DNA from: Heteronotia binoei
Lineage: Eukaryota
DNA: 64,000 nucleotides
Assembly (NCBI RefSeq): GCF_032191835.1
Contig: NC_083238.1
Span: 26,598,001 to 26,662,000, forward strand
Reading direction: 5' to 3'
The notes under the pieces were generated by a model. That model had not been told where the DNA came from. It made no database searches and saw only the letters and a program-made list of their open reading frames with translations. Positions 1 to 11,550 of this stretch are shown here, piece by piece. Each line of letters starts with the position of its first letter. The first letter of the stretch is position 1. The translations under genes were made by a program, and so were the position numbers.

Positions 1-1085
1 TTATTTTTTTTTTATTTCCAAACTGAAGGTAAGCATATATTAGGAGGTCTTACTTATTTCAGTTGATCCTCTTTTCAGGGAAAAGATCACCAACTTTTAA
101 CCCAGTTTACCAAATATCTCTGCAATAGCAAAGGCTTCCCCATGATCTTATAATTGCCATAGTGGCAAGAACTGATCAACTGGTTTATCTAGATCCCAAG
201 CCAACACAGCACATTCCTCAGAACTGCTGAAACTAGTGTGTTAAGTGTCCACATGATCGAAGCAACCATGTGACCAGAGCTAAAGCAAGTTTTCAGTATA
301 TCATGGGATCTGACCATTGGGAATTGGTTCTATTATTAATTAAAACGCATGATTACATCTTGTGGACTGCCTTGGGCTCCCTTATGTGATGGCAAGCAAT
401 GAACAAACATACAACAGTGAAAACCACAAAAGACATATGCTTATACACATGCCTAGCAATTAAAGTCATAAGACAATACAATTTCCATCAGAAATAGCAA
501 TCATCACATCCCAAAATGATACGTATAGGCAACTAAAACACAGCTGAGCAAAAAACCCCAACAGTCTATTTAACTAACATCATCATATGAGCTCTTCTAA
601 ATGCAGCTAAGGAGGTAACCCAGCTCATAGATAGCCCATTTCACAGTAGGGGAGCAAATGAGAATGCCCACAGCATGAACATCCCTATTACAGACCATAG
701 GAGTGAAGTTCACACACAGGCTTAGGGAGAAGTGGTTCTTTGGGTATTTGGGTCCCAGGCCAAAACAGAAGGTCAAAACAACACCTTCAATTGCACTCCC
801 CAAACTGACATCCATAGAAGTCATTCCAGAACCAGTGCAATATTTTGGAGGTTTTTATTCACGGGTATGCTCCTGCATTCTGAACTGAAGTTCTCAAGTT
901 GCCTTTAAGGAAACTCCATGTTTTGAGGCTTAGGCACATGTAAACTAGGTCAAAAACTGTGACCTGCTGCAGTTGTTGCCCAAGTGTTGAACTTTCCCAC
1001 TGAACTGTTTACAACTCTCCAAATACAACTACCTGTTCTCAGAGCAAAGCACTAAGGGTAAGATGGAAACTTTATGGCAACCAAC

Positions 1086-1325
1086 CTTATCAGTTTCATC
1101 CATACTGCTAGATTTCACGACACAAGTTGCAGGTCTGTGCTGGGCTTGTGCAAGATCCTGGGGAGCGCTTTGAGAAGCCGACATTGGGGGCAAGGGTGCT
1201 CGTCGCTTTTTTGGCATTTCTGATGGCAGAGTATTTGAGTCATATTGTTTGGAAACTGTGTTGGACCTTATGAAAAAAGTTGGCCTTGGTTTACTCATCA
1301 GTGGAGTTGCAGGAGCACTGGCAGT
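1086..1325 (-). CDS. COBLL1: COBLL1 coding exon ([15 protein letters not shown]...[10 protein letters not shown]...SMDETDK)
   Basis: Contains the KRRAPLPP Cobl-homology SH3-binding motif. Acceptor ttttttctatgtaag|ACT, donor AAG|gttggt; 240 nt, phase 0 to phase 0. Confidence 0.93.
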
Positions 1326-1591
1326 CTTACATAGAAAAAAAATGACAAAGAAAGAATTTTTAAGCCAACCTCCTTTTAAAACAGAGATTTTTTTTTAACC
1401 TTTATCATAAGCTTCAATTGCCTTCACAAACAGAAGCATGAAAACCACTTTCCCTGGGGCAAAATATTAGGTCATTAAACTAAGTGCCTGAACAGAGGAA
1501 AACAACATGGGTAGGTCTAAATGTGCAGAGCTCTTTCCACTCAATTGCCATCTGGCCATAAGACTAAAAGTTCTTGCATTCCAGCGCTTAC

Positions 1592-1597
1592 CATGCA
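1592..1597 (-). other. Candidate 6-nt microexon (TGCATG, Cys-Met)
   Basis: ctctttgtcttgttgccacatag|TGCATG|gtaagc lies in a phase-0 intron, so inclusion would preserve frame. Confidence 0.3.
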
Positions 1598-2121
1598 CTA
1601 TGTGGCAACAAGACAAAGAGTTCATTGTTACTTAACAGAGACACAAGCCTGTCTTCCCAAGGGGGAAAAACCTGTCTAACCTCAAGGGCTAAGTACAAAA
1701 ACATTATGGACAATGAGCTTATAGCAGGCAGCATCTCAAATATAAAGTAAATGGATCAACGGAAAAAGTCCTTCGAATCACATGAGCCAACAGGATCCGT
1801 GGGCTGTCTAAGGTTAGTAACTCATAAAAGGCCCCAAGAAATAGGAAGTCAACATTGGATCTTATTAAAGTCTACTGGTAAAAAGAGAACACAGTTGTCA
1901 ATGTAGCATAAACTGGAAGTACCCATAGGAATCCCACCACTTGAGGTTTGGGTGTTTTTTTAGAAGTTGGAATCCTGCCACTTGAAGTTTTTTTTATTAG
2001 GGGGGCACTGATATGGATTTATACTAACTAGATTTCAATAGGCCAGGAAAAGTCTTGCAAACCTTTGTTGCTACAAAGGAAGTTTCATTTCTGTACCAGT
2101 TGCAAATGTCATATTCCTTAC

Positions 2122-2219
2122 TTGTTCTCGTTTCTTCTTAGTTCGCTGAAAAAAGCTGAAGAACCCCTTATTTTCTTTCTCCTTCAAAATGTCCAAATTC
2201 TGAGAGTTTTGACAAGCAT
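2122..2219 (-). CDS. COBLL1: COBLL1 coding exon ([33 protein letters not shown])
   Basis: Manual translation matches the COBLL1 [14 protein letters not shown] motif. Acceptor cattttatttttag|AT, donor CAA|gtaagg; 98 nt, phase 1 to phase 0. Confidence 0.95.
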
Positions 2220-2404
2220 CTAAAAATAAAATGAAGAAACACTTTGGTACTATACCATCCAGATTACATTAATTACTTCCTTTCCTAGTTTTATTACTGA
2301 ATATTTCTCTCTGTTTTGGGGAGAGGGGAGATTCCCCCCTCCCAGAAACTACACAAATAAGCTTAGCAATCATATTACATTCTATCCTTTAAATGTCCTA
2401 CAGC

Positions 2405-2523
2405 CAGGGCTTTTTTTGAGCTGAAACACATAGGAACACAGTTCCGGCTTCCTTGGTGTCAGGGGTGTGTGGCCTAATATGCAAATGAGTCCCTGCCGGG
2501 CTTTTTCTTAAAAAAAGGTCCTG
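2405..2523. mobile_element. hAT-type MITE
   Basis: TIRs cagggcttttttt / aaaaaaggtcctg; degenerate 8-bp TSD cctacagc / cttacaac. Confidence 0.75.
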
Positions 2524-3840
2524 CTTACAACAATTGGATCAAATTTCATTCTATAATTTTTTTTAAAAAAAAACCTCTGCTGGTATGTTTGGATACCACA
2601 GGTAGTATTCCATCCAAAATGTCAGCCTGCACAAGGAAGGGGAGGATTTTCACTGACTTCCCCTTCCAAGAGCAGACAAAGGAATCTCCCAAACTATTCC
2701 ATTCCCAGAAGTCAGATTTTGCACTACTGCCAGAGAAGAGAGGCAGGGAAGCTGCAGTTCCATAGATGAAAATTCATCTGCCCATGGAAATTCTAAGTAG
2801 GATACAAATCTACATCTTCTACATCCATGAACTTGAAAAATAAACTTCCATTTAAGAAAAATACATAATAGTCAGGATCCATAGCTAGAAAAAGCAAAAT
2901 CCACACTAAATCTTTCCTCAAAGCCAGTAAGAATAAAAACAGCTCCCCTCAAAAAGCAATTTAAAACTTTTAAAAACGTGTTGAAATTATTGTATTGTTT
3001 GGGCTGGAACTGCACTCAGAGGTTTTAAAAATAAAGATGGCAAAGAAGAAACCCGTAAATAATATAGGGTTGGATGATCAAGGGCTTCCATGAACAGAGC
3101 AAGTTTTCAGAAGCAATGTTTACTGACTTCCCCTTATCCCAGCAATCTGAGTCTCTACTGACAGATCTCTTCTAGGACAACAAGTCAGGCAGTAGAGAAA
3201 ACTGCAACTTAAAGGGAAACCTATCCAAAATCACACCCTCAATCTGGTACCTTTTGGTCCATCAACGGAACTCAAACTACTTATATTGCGGGGAGGAGAG
3301 GTGCGTGTGTGTGCACAGTGGGGGTTCTGGGTGAGTTAATTTTGGTGGAGTCGATGCTGCATGGCATATTGTCTGGAGGGAACTCTGACCCTCAAGCACT
3401 GGAAGGAAGGAAAACACTATTTTAAAAACAGAGCCAAGAACCCACTGTGTTTGCAGAAGTTCTTGTGAAATGTGTTAGAAGTAGCTTAGCTAAGGCAGCT
3501 TTCTGTTCCCAGATATGATACTAGTTATGTTTCCAATTCTTTCCACGATTCTGGCTGTTCATCACATGCTTTACATACCATCTTATCTAGCCAAGAAATC
3601 ACTTTGACATTTTGCAGGCATACTGAAGCGTACATAACACATCCTGATTATACTATCTTTACCCTCACTACAAAAAATGGTCTAAACAGAATTTCAATAA
3701 TATTCACTTGCTCAAGACTAGACAAGCTACTTTTATGGTGTTTTCCCCTCATCTCTGCTATTGCTGTTCAGTTCTATAATTACTCAAGAGCCACCCTAAA
3801 TTAGGACAATTTGTGAGTTACACCAGCTCTGACACGCAAA

Positions 3841-3935
3841 AACTTATATCCCAAGAATCTTGCTGGTTTCTAAGGTGCTACAAGACTCAAATGTAGCTGT
3901 TCCACTGCAGACAAACATGGCTACCATCTGAAACT
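3841..3935 (+). mobile_element. Penelope-like element 3' terminal fragment
   Basis: aatcttgctggtttctaaggtgctacaagactc...cagacaaacatggctacc resembles the other Penelope tails in this window. Confidence 0.6.
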
Positions 3936-4079
3936 ATCTTCTGCATTATTGACTTTCCCCAAAAAAATAGTAATGAAAAAATTATTAAAATATCCATTTG
4001 CTCTGACATCATTAAATCAGAATGCCAATGCTCTGGCATTTACTGCCTGTATTCCCTTTTGGAGACCAGTACAACTTAC

Positions 4080-4118
4080 CTTGTAAAGATGACAAGTGGA
4101 ATTCAGAAGTCGGTGTGA
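4080..4118 (-). CDS. COBLL1: COBLL1 39-nt in-frame cassette exon (VTPTSEFHLSSLQ)
   Basis: Strong acceptor ctctccatttttctttctttag and donor AAG|gtaagt. Phase 1 to phase 1, no stop in frame; too short for the ORF track. Confidence 0.8.
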
Positions 4119-5544
4119 CTAAAGAAAGAAAAATGGAGAGATGAATTACAATGAGAGAGCATCTTGCACATGTTATTTATCATGGATTCAACCAGAGGAG
4201 CTGTAGGCTAATACAGCAAGCTCCAAAAACACAGAAGAGTTTAAAATAATCCCTTCCATAAATTTCATCTAGAATGAAAACAAAATTATAATCAAAAGCA
4301 AAGACGGCAGCCCTACCAAATTTTAATCAATATAAAACATTGGAATTCACCAGGCCTATCAATTGCAAATAGTGATGTAAGCTGATGTGTTGTATGCATC
4401 ACATGGAGGTGGCTTTATCATAAATAAATCACAGAATAAAGAGCTGTAAATAAGAAGGATCTCCAAGACTTCACCACAACAGGAAAGCAGGAAGGAAGGA
4501 ATCCTACCACTTCATTGAGCAAATTCTGATGCCTTCCTCTAGCTTAACTTGCTACTCTCTCAGAAGAAGGCTCCAAACTTTGCTGAGAAAAGTGGTAGGA
4601 GACAAGTGTTTTCATGGCTGCTTTGCTTTTGGTGCCAATGGTAAAAAGGAGAAGTAATTATTGCATAACAGTTGAGAGAAAGACAGACAGAAAAGTCAGA
4701 TATTCGATATATTTCAGATTGTAGTACAGGATCTAATATTCTGCCCCGTAAGAAATACTAGCTAATATTAAATAACAGACTACCTTTCTCAGTGGAGAAA
4801 GGTGAAGTACAAAATATAGAAACAATTCAGATAGCATAATATATTCAATAAGCAATGTGATGGGCCTAGGATTTCAGAATTGGTTTAACAGCATACATAG
4901 AAAGAAGAGACAATAGATCAGTTCCTAAATTTTGCTAAATCACTTGTGTGGGTAACTCACTACTTTAGCGAAACTGAATGATTAGAAAATTATTACAAGC
5001 AAATGGTGAGGTCAGGTGAGCCATATCAAAAGAAAATGTGCTTTATATACAGTTTAAACTGTTCTAACATGTTTATGCTGCTTAAAGATCAGTTAATTTC
5101 TAATTTCAGACTGCTTTAGTCCCACATGGCATTATCCAATATACTAGCATACAGCCCACACCATGATTAAAAGCAGAAACCCACCAAGATGAATTAAATG
5201 CTTTTCTTCTTCAAAGCAATAAACTGAATCAAAATGGACGCCTACCCTTAAATCAGTAATTTTCATGATGAAAGGTATTTCCGTGCTATTTTCTGAATCC
5301 GTGTTTTACAGGAATGCTCTTCTAAGGGGTCCACAGATCTCTGGCTTCACTTACAAGAACATTTTATAGGAAGATATGTAGCTTGTTTCTTATATTTTTA
5401 TCCTACTATTCAGCTAAAAGTTACTTTGGAAATCAGGAATTAAAATCCAGTACATATATATTAAACTTTGTCATTTGTTGAGATTTTTTAATATATAGTA
5501 TGGGGTGGTGGAAAGTACTGCCAAGTCTCAGCCAATATATGGTG

Positions 5545-5700
5545 ACTTATAGGGTTTTCAAGGCAAGAAATGAACAGAGGAGGTTTGTCATTGCCAGCCT
5601 CTCTGCATGGCAGTCCTGGTGATCTCCTATCCAAGTACTAACCAAGGTTGACCCTGGTTGACTTCCACAACGTGACAAGATCAGGCTAGCCTGGGCCATA
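5545..5700 (-). mobile_element. 5S rRNA-derived SINE (5S-Sauria-like), degenerate
   Basis: The reverse complement has a 5S-like head (ggttagtacttggataggagatcacc) and the caaacctcctctg...cttgccttgaaaacccta tail. Confidence 0.7.
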
Positions 5701-6108
5701 GCCTTCAAAAGGAGGGGAAGAAGAAGGGAAAATCTTGCCTTTGAGGAAGGGAAGTGGACAGGACTGCCATAACTGCCTTCAATGTGTAATGAGCATTCAG
5801 GCAGCCAAAGCACTCCACCCCATCCAGCTGCTTCCTATTCTTCTCCCAAACTTACTTGAAAGCAGGCCTTGGATTCAGCGAGAGCTCACAGGAGCACAGC
5901 TCCTGAACCTTTCTGAGAGTTCCACCTCCTCCTTCCCACCTTGTCCATTGAATAGTAGGTGCAGCTCCATAACAATCCCTGGATGAGCTCCACCACCTAT
6001 TTTTCTACAAAACGACCCCTGCTTGAAAGCATGGCAGGGCAACAGACCCTCTCTCTCTCTCTGGTGGCCTGTGCCCCCCTCTAGTCCTCCCCTAGGAGAG
6101 AGCTTAGA

Positions 6109-6310
6109 GGAGCAACCATGGTTCAGTGGCAGAAAAGCTGCTTTACATGCAGAAGGCCAAGTCCAATTCCTGGCAACTCCAGCTGAAAGGATCAGGTAGC
6201 AGGTGATTCGAAAGACCTCTGCCTGAAACCCTGGAAAGCCACTGCCAGTCTGAGTAGACAAGACTGACCTTGATGGACCAAGGGTCTGATGCAGTAGAAG
6301 GCAGCTTCAT
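6109..6310 (+). mobile_element. tRNA-derived SINE (old squamate family)
   Basis: Degenerate A/B boxes; homologous to the copies at 9958 and 62375, including the gaccttgatggaccaagggt tail. Confidence 0.7.
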
Positions 6311-6811
6311 GCCTAGAATGCTGCAGTAACATCTCATGCATCAAAAAAGGCTTGAGTGCATAACGCTTCTAATATGAACAATTTCCCCCTTTTCTCATTT
6401 CAGCTGCTCATATTATGTAGATTTTATGGCACTGATAATGTGTTTTGTATGAGTGAAAATATTTCTATTCTATTGTAAGCTGTTTTTAATCTCACATTAT
6501 TTTGCTTCTACATTTAAAAAATCTGCTATGAAATCGATTTCAATATCATGATTTTATAGTTTTAATTTCATGCTGTAAGCTGCCTTCAGCAGAAAGTTGG
6601 TACATACATTCCCTAAATAAATAGGGAAGTCTGTTCCCTCATGAAAGCTTTGAGGCATTCAAGGTTAGAATCAGCAGAATGCAGCCCATAAACTGGGAGC
6701 CAGTAGAGTAATGTTATATGCTTCTATTAACTATTAAGAAAACCTTAGCTCGATTGGCTGAGGGTTCCTCCTCTGGAAGGGAAACAGAGAGATGGGGGGG
6801 AAGGTGCCCTG

Positions 6812-6860
6812 TTTTATTCTAGGTATAAGGTTTTGTGTGCCTCCATACTTCTTCAGATAC
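6812..6860 (-). mobile_element. Penelope pseudo-LTR fragment with decayed hammerhead core
   Basis: Minus strand reads gtat-CTGAAGA-agtatggaggcacac-AAAA-cctt-atac-ctagaataaa. Confidence 0.6.
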
Positions 6861-7029
6861 ACAGAGAGAGCGAGGGAGGGAAAGCCAGAGAGAGAAGTAT
6901 CAGCTTTTGTGTTCCTGCACAGTTCTTCAGAGAGAGAGACCTCCCCCCTTTTAATTTCTTACAGATGTGGGGGGGGGGGGAACCTAACAGCACAGTTTGC
7001 ATTCTTTATTAATGGAATGGGAGCAAGAG

Positions 7030-7400
7030 TTGAGTAGCACCTTAATGACAATTATTAGTAGGGCATGAGGTTTCATGAGTCACTGCTCCCTTCTTCAGTT
7101 ACAGCTAGAATATGAGTCCATCTGTCCTTATATCTTGCAAAGTGAAGTGATTTCAGGCACCAAATAACAATAGCAGGGATTGGTAATGAGAGAAGCAACC
7201 TAGGTTTCAATTCAATCCAGGAGGATGCATTGCCTTGAGCTTCATTATCAGTTGCAATTCAGCAGTCTCTCTTTCTAATCTCCCTCTGAAATTCCTATGT
7301 GAGAGAACGGCTACTCTTAAGTTAGCAACTGAATGTCCTGGAAGGTTAAAGTGTTCCCCCATTGTTTTTTTCAGTGTTTCTAATAGCAGTAGAAAAGAGC
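7030..7400 (-). mobile_element. Penelope-like retroelement 3' end (GIY-YIG endonuclease C-terminus plus pseudo-LTR)
   Basis: ORF 7207-7452 contains GEHFNLPGHSVANLRVAVL...RLERETAELQLI...GLN, typical of PLE GIY-YIG ends. It is followed by a CTGAAGA...GAAA motif. Confidence 0.85.
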
Positions 7401-7529
7401 TGCCAGTGTGTTCTTGCTGCATGGAACGTCCCAGTAGAGGTTTCAGGCTCAAGTGGGAAGTGGGGTGTGTGTGGCTGGAAGAGATCCTGGCTTAAAATGT
7501 GATTCTACAAGCAGAATGCCCTCCTGAGC

Positions 7530-7800
7530 AATTTTTTTTTTTGCAGATTTTCTTAAATGACAGGAGCATGGGGGCCTTCCCATGAGCTTCAGGCTGGCTG
7601 TTCCATAATGTGGGATCCACCACAAAGAATATGTGTGGGCAGCTGGCAGTTTTACCTGTTTGCAGACTGGCACCTTCAGGAGAATTAGCGTACGTGAGTG
7701 CAGCCGTCACAGCAGAGCACAGCAGGAGAGGTGGTCCTGCAGGTATGCAGCTCCAGTGCCATTAAGGGCTTTGTAGGCGATAGAACCTTGAATGGGGCCT
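7530..7800 (-). mobile_element. Old L2 LINE 3' fragment
   Basis: Decayed YKALNGTGAAYLQDHLS and DPTLWNSQPE segments, paralogous to the adjacent younger L2. Confidence 0.6.
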
Positions 7801-7806
7801 GTTAAC

Positions 7807-9895
7807 TATTTATTTATTTATTTTTTCACACTTATATTCTGCCCTCCCCGCTGACACAGGCTCAGGGCGGCTAACAGCATCATAATGTCAACAATAAAAC
7901 AATAAAAACAATCACAATCAAGTACATTAAAAGTTAAAACAGGTTACAATTTAAAATTATCAGTGCAGCTTTAAAACAACAGTTTGGTGCGAACATAGTG
8001 CCATTCTTCAAAGATGTTGGGCATCTACACATTTGGCTGAGGCCATTCGAAATAACGTTTTGCAGGCCTTGCAAACTGGGTGAGGTCTCGCAAGGCTGTA
8101 ACATCGTCTGGGAGTTGGTTCCACCAGTGGGGGGGCCACAACAGAGAATGCTCTTTCTCTAGAAGCCTTCAGTTACGCCTCCCTCGGCCTGGGGATTACT
8201 AATAGATTATGTGATCCGGATCTAAGTACCCTCTGGGGAATATAAGGGGAGAGACGGTCCCTAAGGTAGGCAGGTCCTCGGCCATATAAGGCTTTAAAGG
8301 TGATAACGAGCACCTTGTAGCGAATCCGGAATACTATCGACAAACAGTGCAGTCGACGCAGCCCCAGTTGTATATGGTCTCGACTAGGGAGACCCAGTAA
8401 CAGCCTGGCCGCTGCATTCTGCACTAGCTGCAGTTTCTGAATTCAAGACATGGGCAGCCCCATGTAGAGGGCATTACAGTAGTCTAATCTCGAGGTGACC
8501 ATTGCATGAATCACCGTTGCTAAATTGCCGTGCTCTAGGACGGGGACCAACTGTCATGCCCGCCTAAGGTGGAAAAAGGTGGATCTCGCAGTGGCTGCTA
8601 TCTGGGCCTTCATAGCCAATGTGGGCCGTCAACAGGTCCAACAACACAATACTGCTGAGCCACCTCGATCCAGTTGTCTCTGGAGATCATCCACTAAGGC
8701 GACCAGTACTGTCTCCATCCCATGGCCCGGGCAAAAGCTGGACTGGTGTGGGTCTAGAACGGAAGTGTCCTCCAGAAAACTCTGCAACTGCAATGCTACT
8801 GCCCTCTCAATAATTTTACCCAGAAAAGGTAAATTTGATACCAGCCAATAGTGCACCAATTCGACCGGATCTAGAGTTGGTTTTTTCAAGAGGGGATGGA
8901 CTATCGCCTCATTAAGAGGCTCTGGGAAAAGTCCATCGGAGAGGGACCTATTTACAATATCCCATATAGGATATTGAAGCTCCATCCGGCAAGCTTTAAT
9001 CAGCCAGGATGGGCAGGGGTCCAAATTGCATGTTGTTGGGCGTGCAGTTGCGAGGATGCTGTCAACTTCCTCCAGGCTGAGTGTTGTAAAACGATCTAGA
9101 GCCAATCCTGAAAACAGGCACAGCTCCTCAAGTTCACTTACTGTTTCAATTGTGGCAGGGAGGTCGCAGCGGAGCAACGAGACTTTATCCGTGAAAAATG
9201 TTGCAAAGGCCTCACAGCCAATCTCCAATTCCCTATGATTTGGTCTGCCTTGTGGCAGAGTTGTAAGGGTCCGAATAATGCTAAATAATTGTGCCGGGCG
9301 TGAATTCGCAGATGCAATCTTGGCCACAAAGTAAACTTTCTTTGTGGCTTTGATTGCCATCTCATAGGATCTCATATACTCTCTATAAGATACTCTGGTT
9401 GCTTCATCGTGAGTCTGCCGCCACTGCCTCTCCAGTCGTCTGAGCCTCCGTTTCATCAACTGCAAGTCCATGTTATACCACGGTGCCATCTTTGAACAGG
9501 GGTGCAGAGGGCGCTGAGGAGCGATCTCGTCAATGGCCATAGCTCAACCATGTCCTTGAGCGAGTCGCCAGGGGGCCAGGGATCCTGCAGTTCCCTCTGG
9601 AACCGTATTAGGTCCATTAGGTTCCTTGAGTGAGCTAAAATACGCTTGTCGCCTAAACAGGTTTGGGGTGATACATCCATATGGGCCTTCAGGACATAGT
9701 GGTCTGACCATGGCACTGCATCAGCAGTAATTCGGGTTACCATAACTCCCGACGCAAAGATCAAATCCAGCATGTGCCTGGCCTGATGTGTGGGTGTAGT
9801 TACAAATTGAGAGAGTCATAGTGTAGCAATGGATGACACTAGATCCGTTGCCCGATTGGAGTTCGCGTCATCAGCATGGACATTGAAGTAACCAA
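7807..9895 (-). mobile_element. 5'-truncated L2 LINE with an internal deletion of the RT core
   Basis: APE motifs (GxFNVH, WSDH); RT pre-core LDPCPSWL...PLLKKPTLDP...VSNLPFLGKIIE...LLDL; C-terminal QNAAARLL...FKALYGRGPAYLRDRL; 3' end agccgccctgagcc...(AAAT)n. Confidence 0.93.
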
Positions 9896-9957
9896 TAAGT
9901 AACCAATAGCAGGCCTGCAGAGGGAGAGTGATATGCAAATTCTGCTTAGAACTTAGG

Positions 9958-10105
9958 AGAGGTGCTATGGCTCAGTGGTAAAACATCTGTGTTTTGGCAT
10001 GCAGAAGGTCCCAGGTTCAGTTCTTGGGGTCTCCAGTTAAAGGACCAGGCACTAAGTGAACTGCTGCCAGACAATACTGACCAACGGTCTGATTCAGCAT
10101 AGGGC
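9958..10105 (+). mobile_element. tRNA-derived SINE
   Basis: tggctcagtggta A-box and ggttcagttc B-box-like motif; homologous to 6109 and 62375. Confidence 0.7.
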
Positions 10106-10549
10106 AACAGCTTCAGTCAACTGATGACGCAACACCAAGCCATGTGTGCAAGTCACACACTCTCTTGCATGTGCGTCCTCACCCATTGCACCAGAGGCAG
10201 GCAAGTCAATCTGGAGGGTCTCTGTTTGAGAATGGTCCCATAATTGACTGATCTATGAAATACCAGTATAAGCCACCTTCATGCGTAGTATGACTAGTAT
10301 CTGGGCGTGGGAAGCCAGGGGAGACACCTATGGGGAAATTTCACATCAGTACACCTGGAGGCTCACATGGTAGCAGCCTTTGTTCTTCTGCTTCAGACCA
10401 ACTTGGCTACCCACCTGAATCTATCCTGAGATAAAGTATGTGCCACTTACATCAAGCTGTATAATGCACAAAGTTCTTCTGCATATCAGATATAGCACAG
10501 CATCCACTTCAGGCGCAGGTTTGGTGAAAGATAAATGTGTGGATCTTAC

Positions 10550-10778
10550 CTCGGCTGACATCCATCGCATATAATTCTCTGAGTCCATGGTCATTCAGCG
10601 ACTTGTCCAAGTCAAGAGTGTCCTGAGATTGATAACTTTTCAGCAACATGGTATGTAAAGGATCGAAGTCACATTTGCTACAGATGACTGGCAAGAGCTC
10701 TTGAAGTGGTGCATGAGGACTAACTCTGACAATAGTCTTCTGAGTCTTCTTGTAATTAATTACTACTCTCACAGTTTG
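10550..10778 (-). CDS. COBLL1: COBLL1 coding exon ([29 protein letters not shown]...[10 protein letters not shown])
   Basis: Near-identical to the recalled COBLL1 peptide. Acceptor ctttccccccag|CAA, donor G|gtaaga; 229 nt, phase 0 to phase 1. Confidence 0.96.
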
Positions 10779-11424
10779 CTGGGGGGAAAGAAAAACAATT
10801 TAGTAACTTCTATTCAAAATTATAGCTTTCAATTACTATTTTCAAAAGTCTTAATCGATCAGGTATGGTGGCTATGGAATAATTTCTCCAGTTCTCATTA
10901 GTGTAAGAAGTTCTCCAAAATTCTTATTTATTCCTCATATCCTCACAGCATGAGACTCTTCGTTTAGGTCACCAATTAATTTTCATTACTCAGTGAGGGA
11001 TAACAAAATGGGCTTCCCAAGTTAAAATGTTCTGTCTCAATGGTATACTAAAATGGATTCAGGAACCAGTGAAATCTTGCTACTAGCTTTCTATTCTTTA
11101 TCTTCCCTTCACAGTTCTAGAAGCACAAGAAAGAGATCTGAGCATGAGATGAAAGGAAGGCTATTTTGCTCCTACTTAATGAAAGTCCTCCAGCACTTCA
11201 CCTTAGAATAGTTCAGAGAAAGTAAGGTTATCTATTCATCTTTCCCAGGCAACAAGGATTAAAGCAGGCAATTTTGTCATGGATGTGTCTAAGCAGTAAT
11301 CATATTTTGAGCACCAACAGGATAACACAGACTAACCTTATGGTCCATGGCTAACCTTATGACAAATACCAAGCTTTCAAATGAAAAATTGCAAATGCAC
11401 TTATAAATGGGTCAATGCCATATC

Positions 11425-11510
11425 GTGGTTAGAGTACTAGACTAGGACCCAGGTTCAAAATCCCTACTCAGCCATGAACCTTGTTGGGTGACCTTCGACA
11501 AAGACATAGG
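11425..11510 (+). mobile_element. Old MIR/Squam3-like SINE fragment
   Basis: gtggttagagt...ccaggttcaaaatccc...gggtgacctt head and core. Confidence 0.55.
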
Positions 11511-11550
11511 ATTGTTGTAAGGAGGAGAGACTGGCATAGATGACTGTGAC

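Noticed and set aside
1-220. Possible L1-like 3' end with poly(A) on the minus strand
   Set aside because: Only a faint peptide resemblance; cannot be supported by eye.
1029-1085. ORF extension [18 protein letters not shown] and alternative donor at 1033
   Set aside because: Similarity to COBLL1 ends at DETDK, where a GT donor occurs. The extension reads as intron, and the 1033 donor would change phase.
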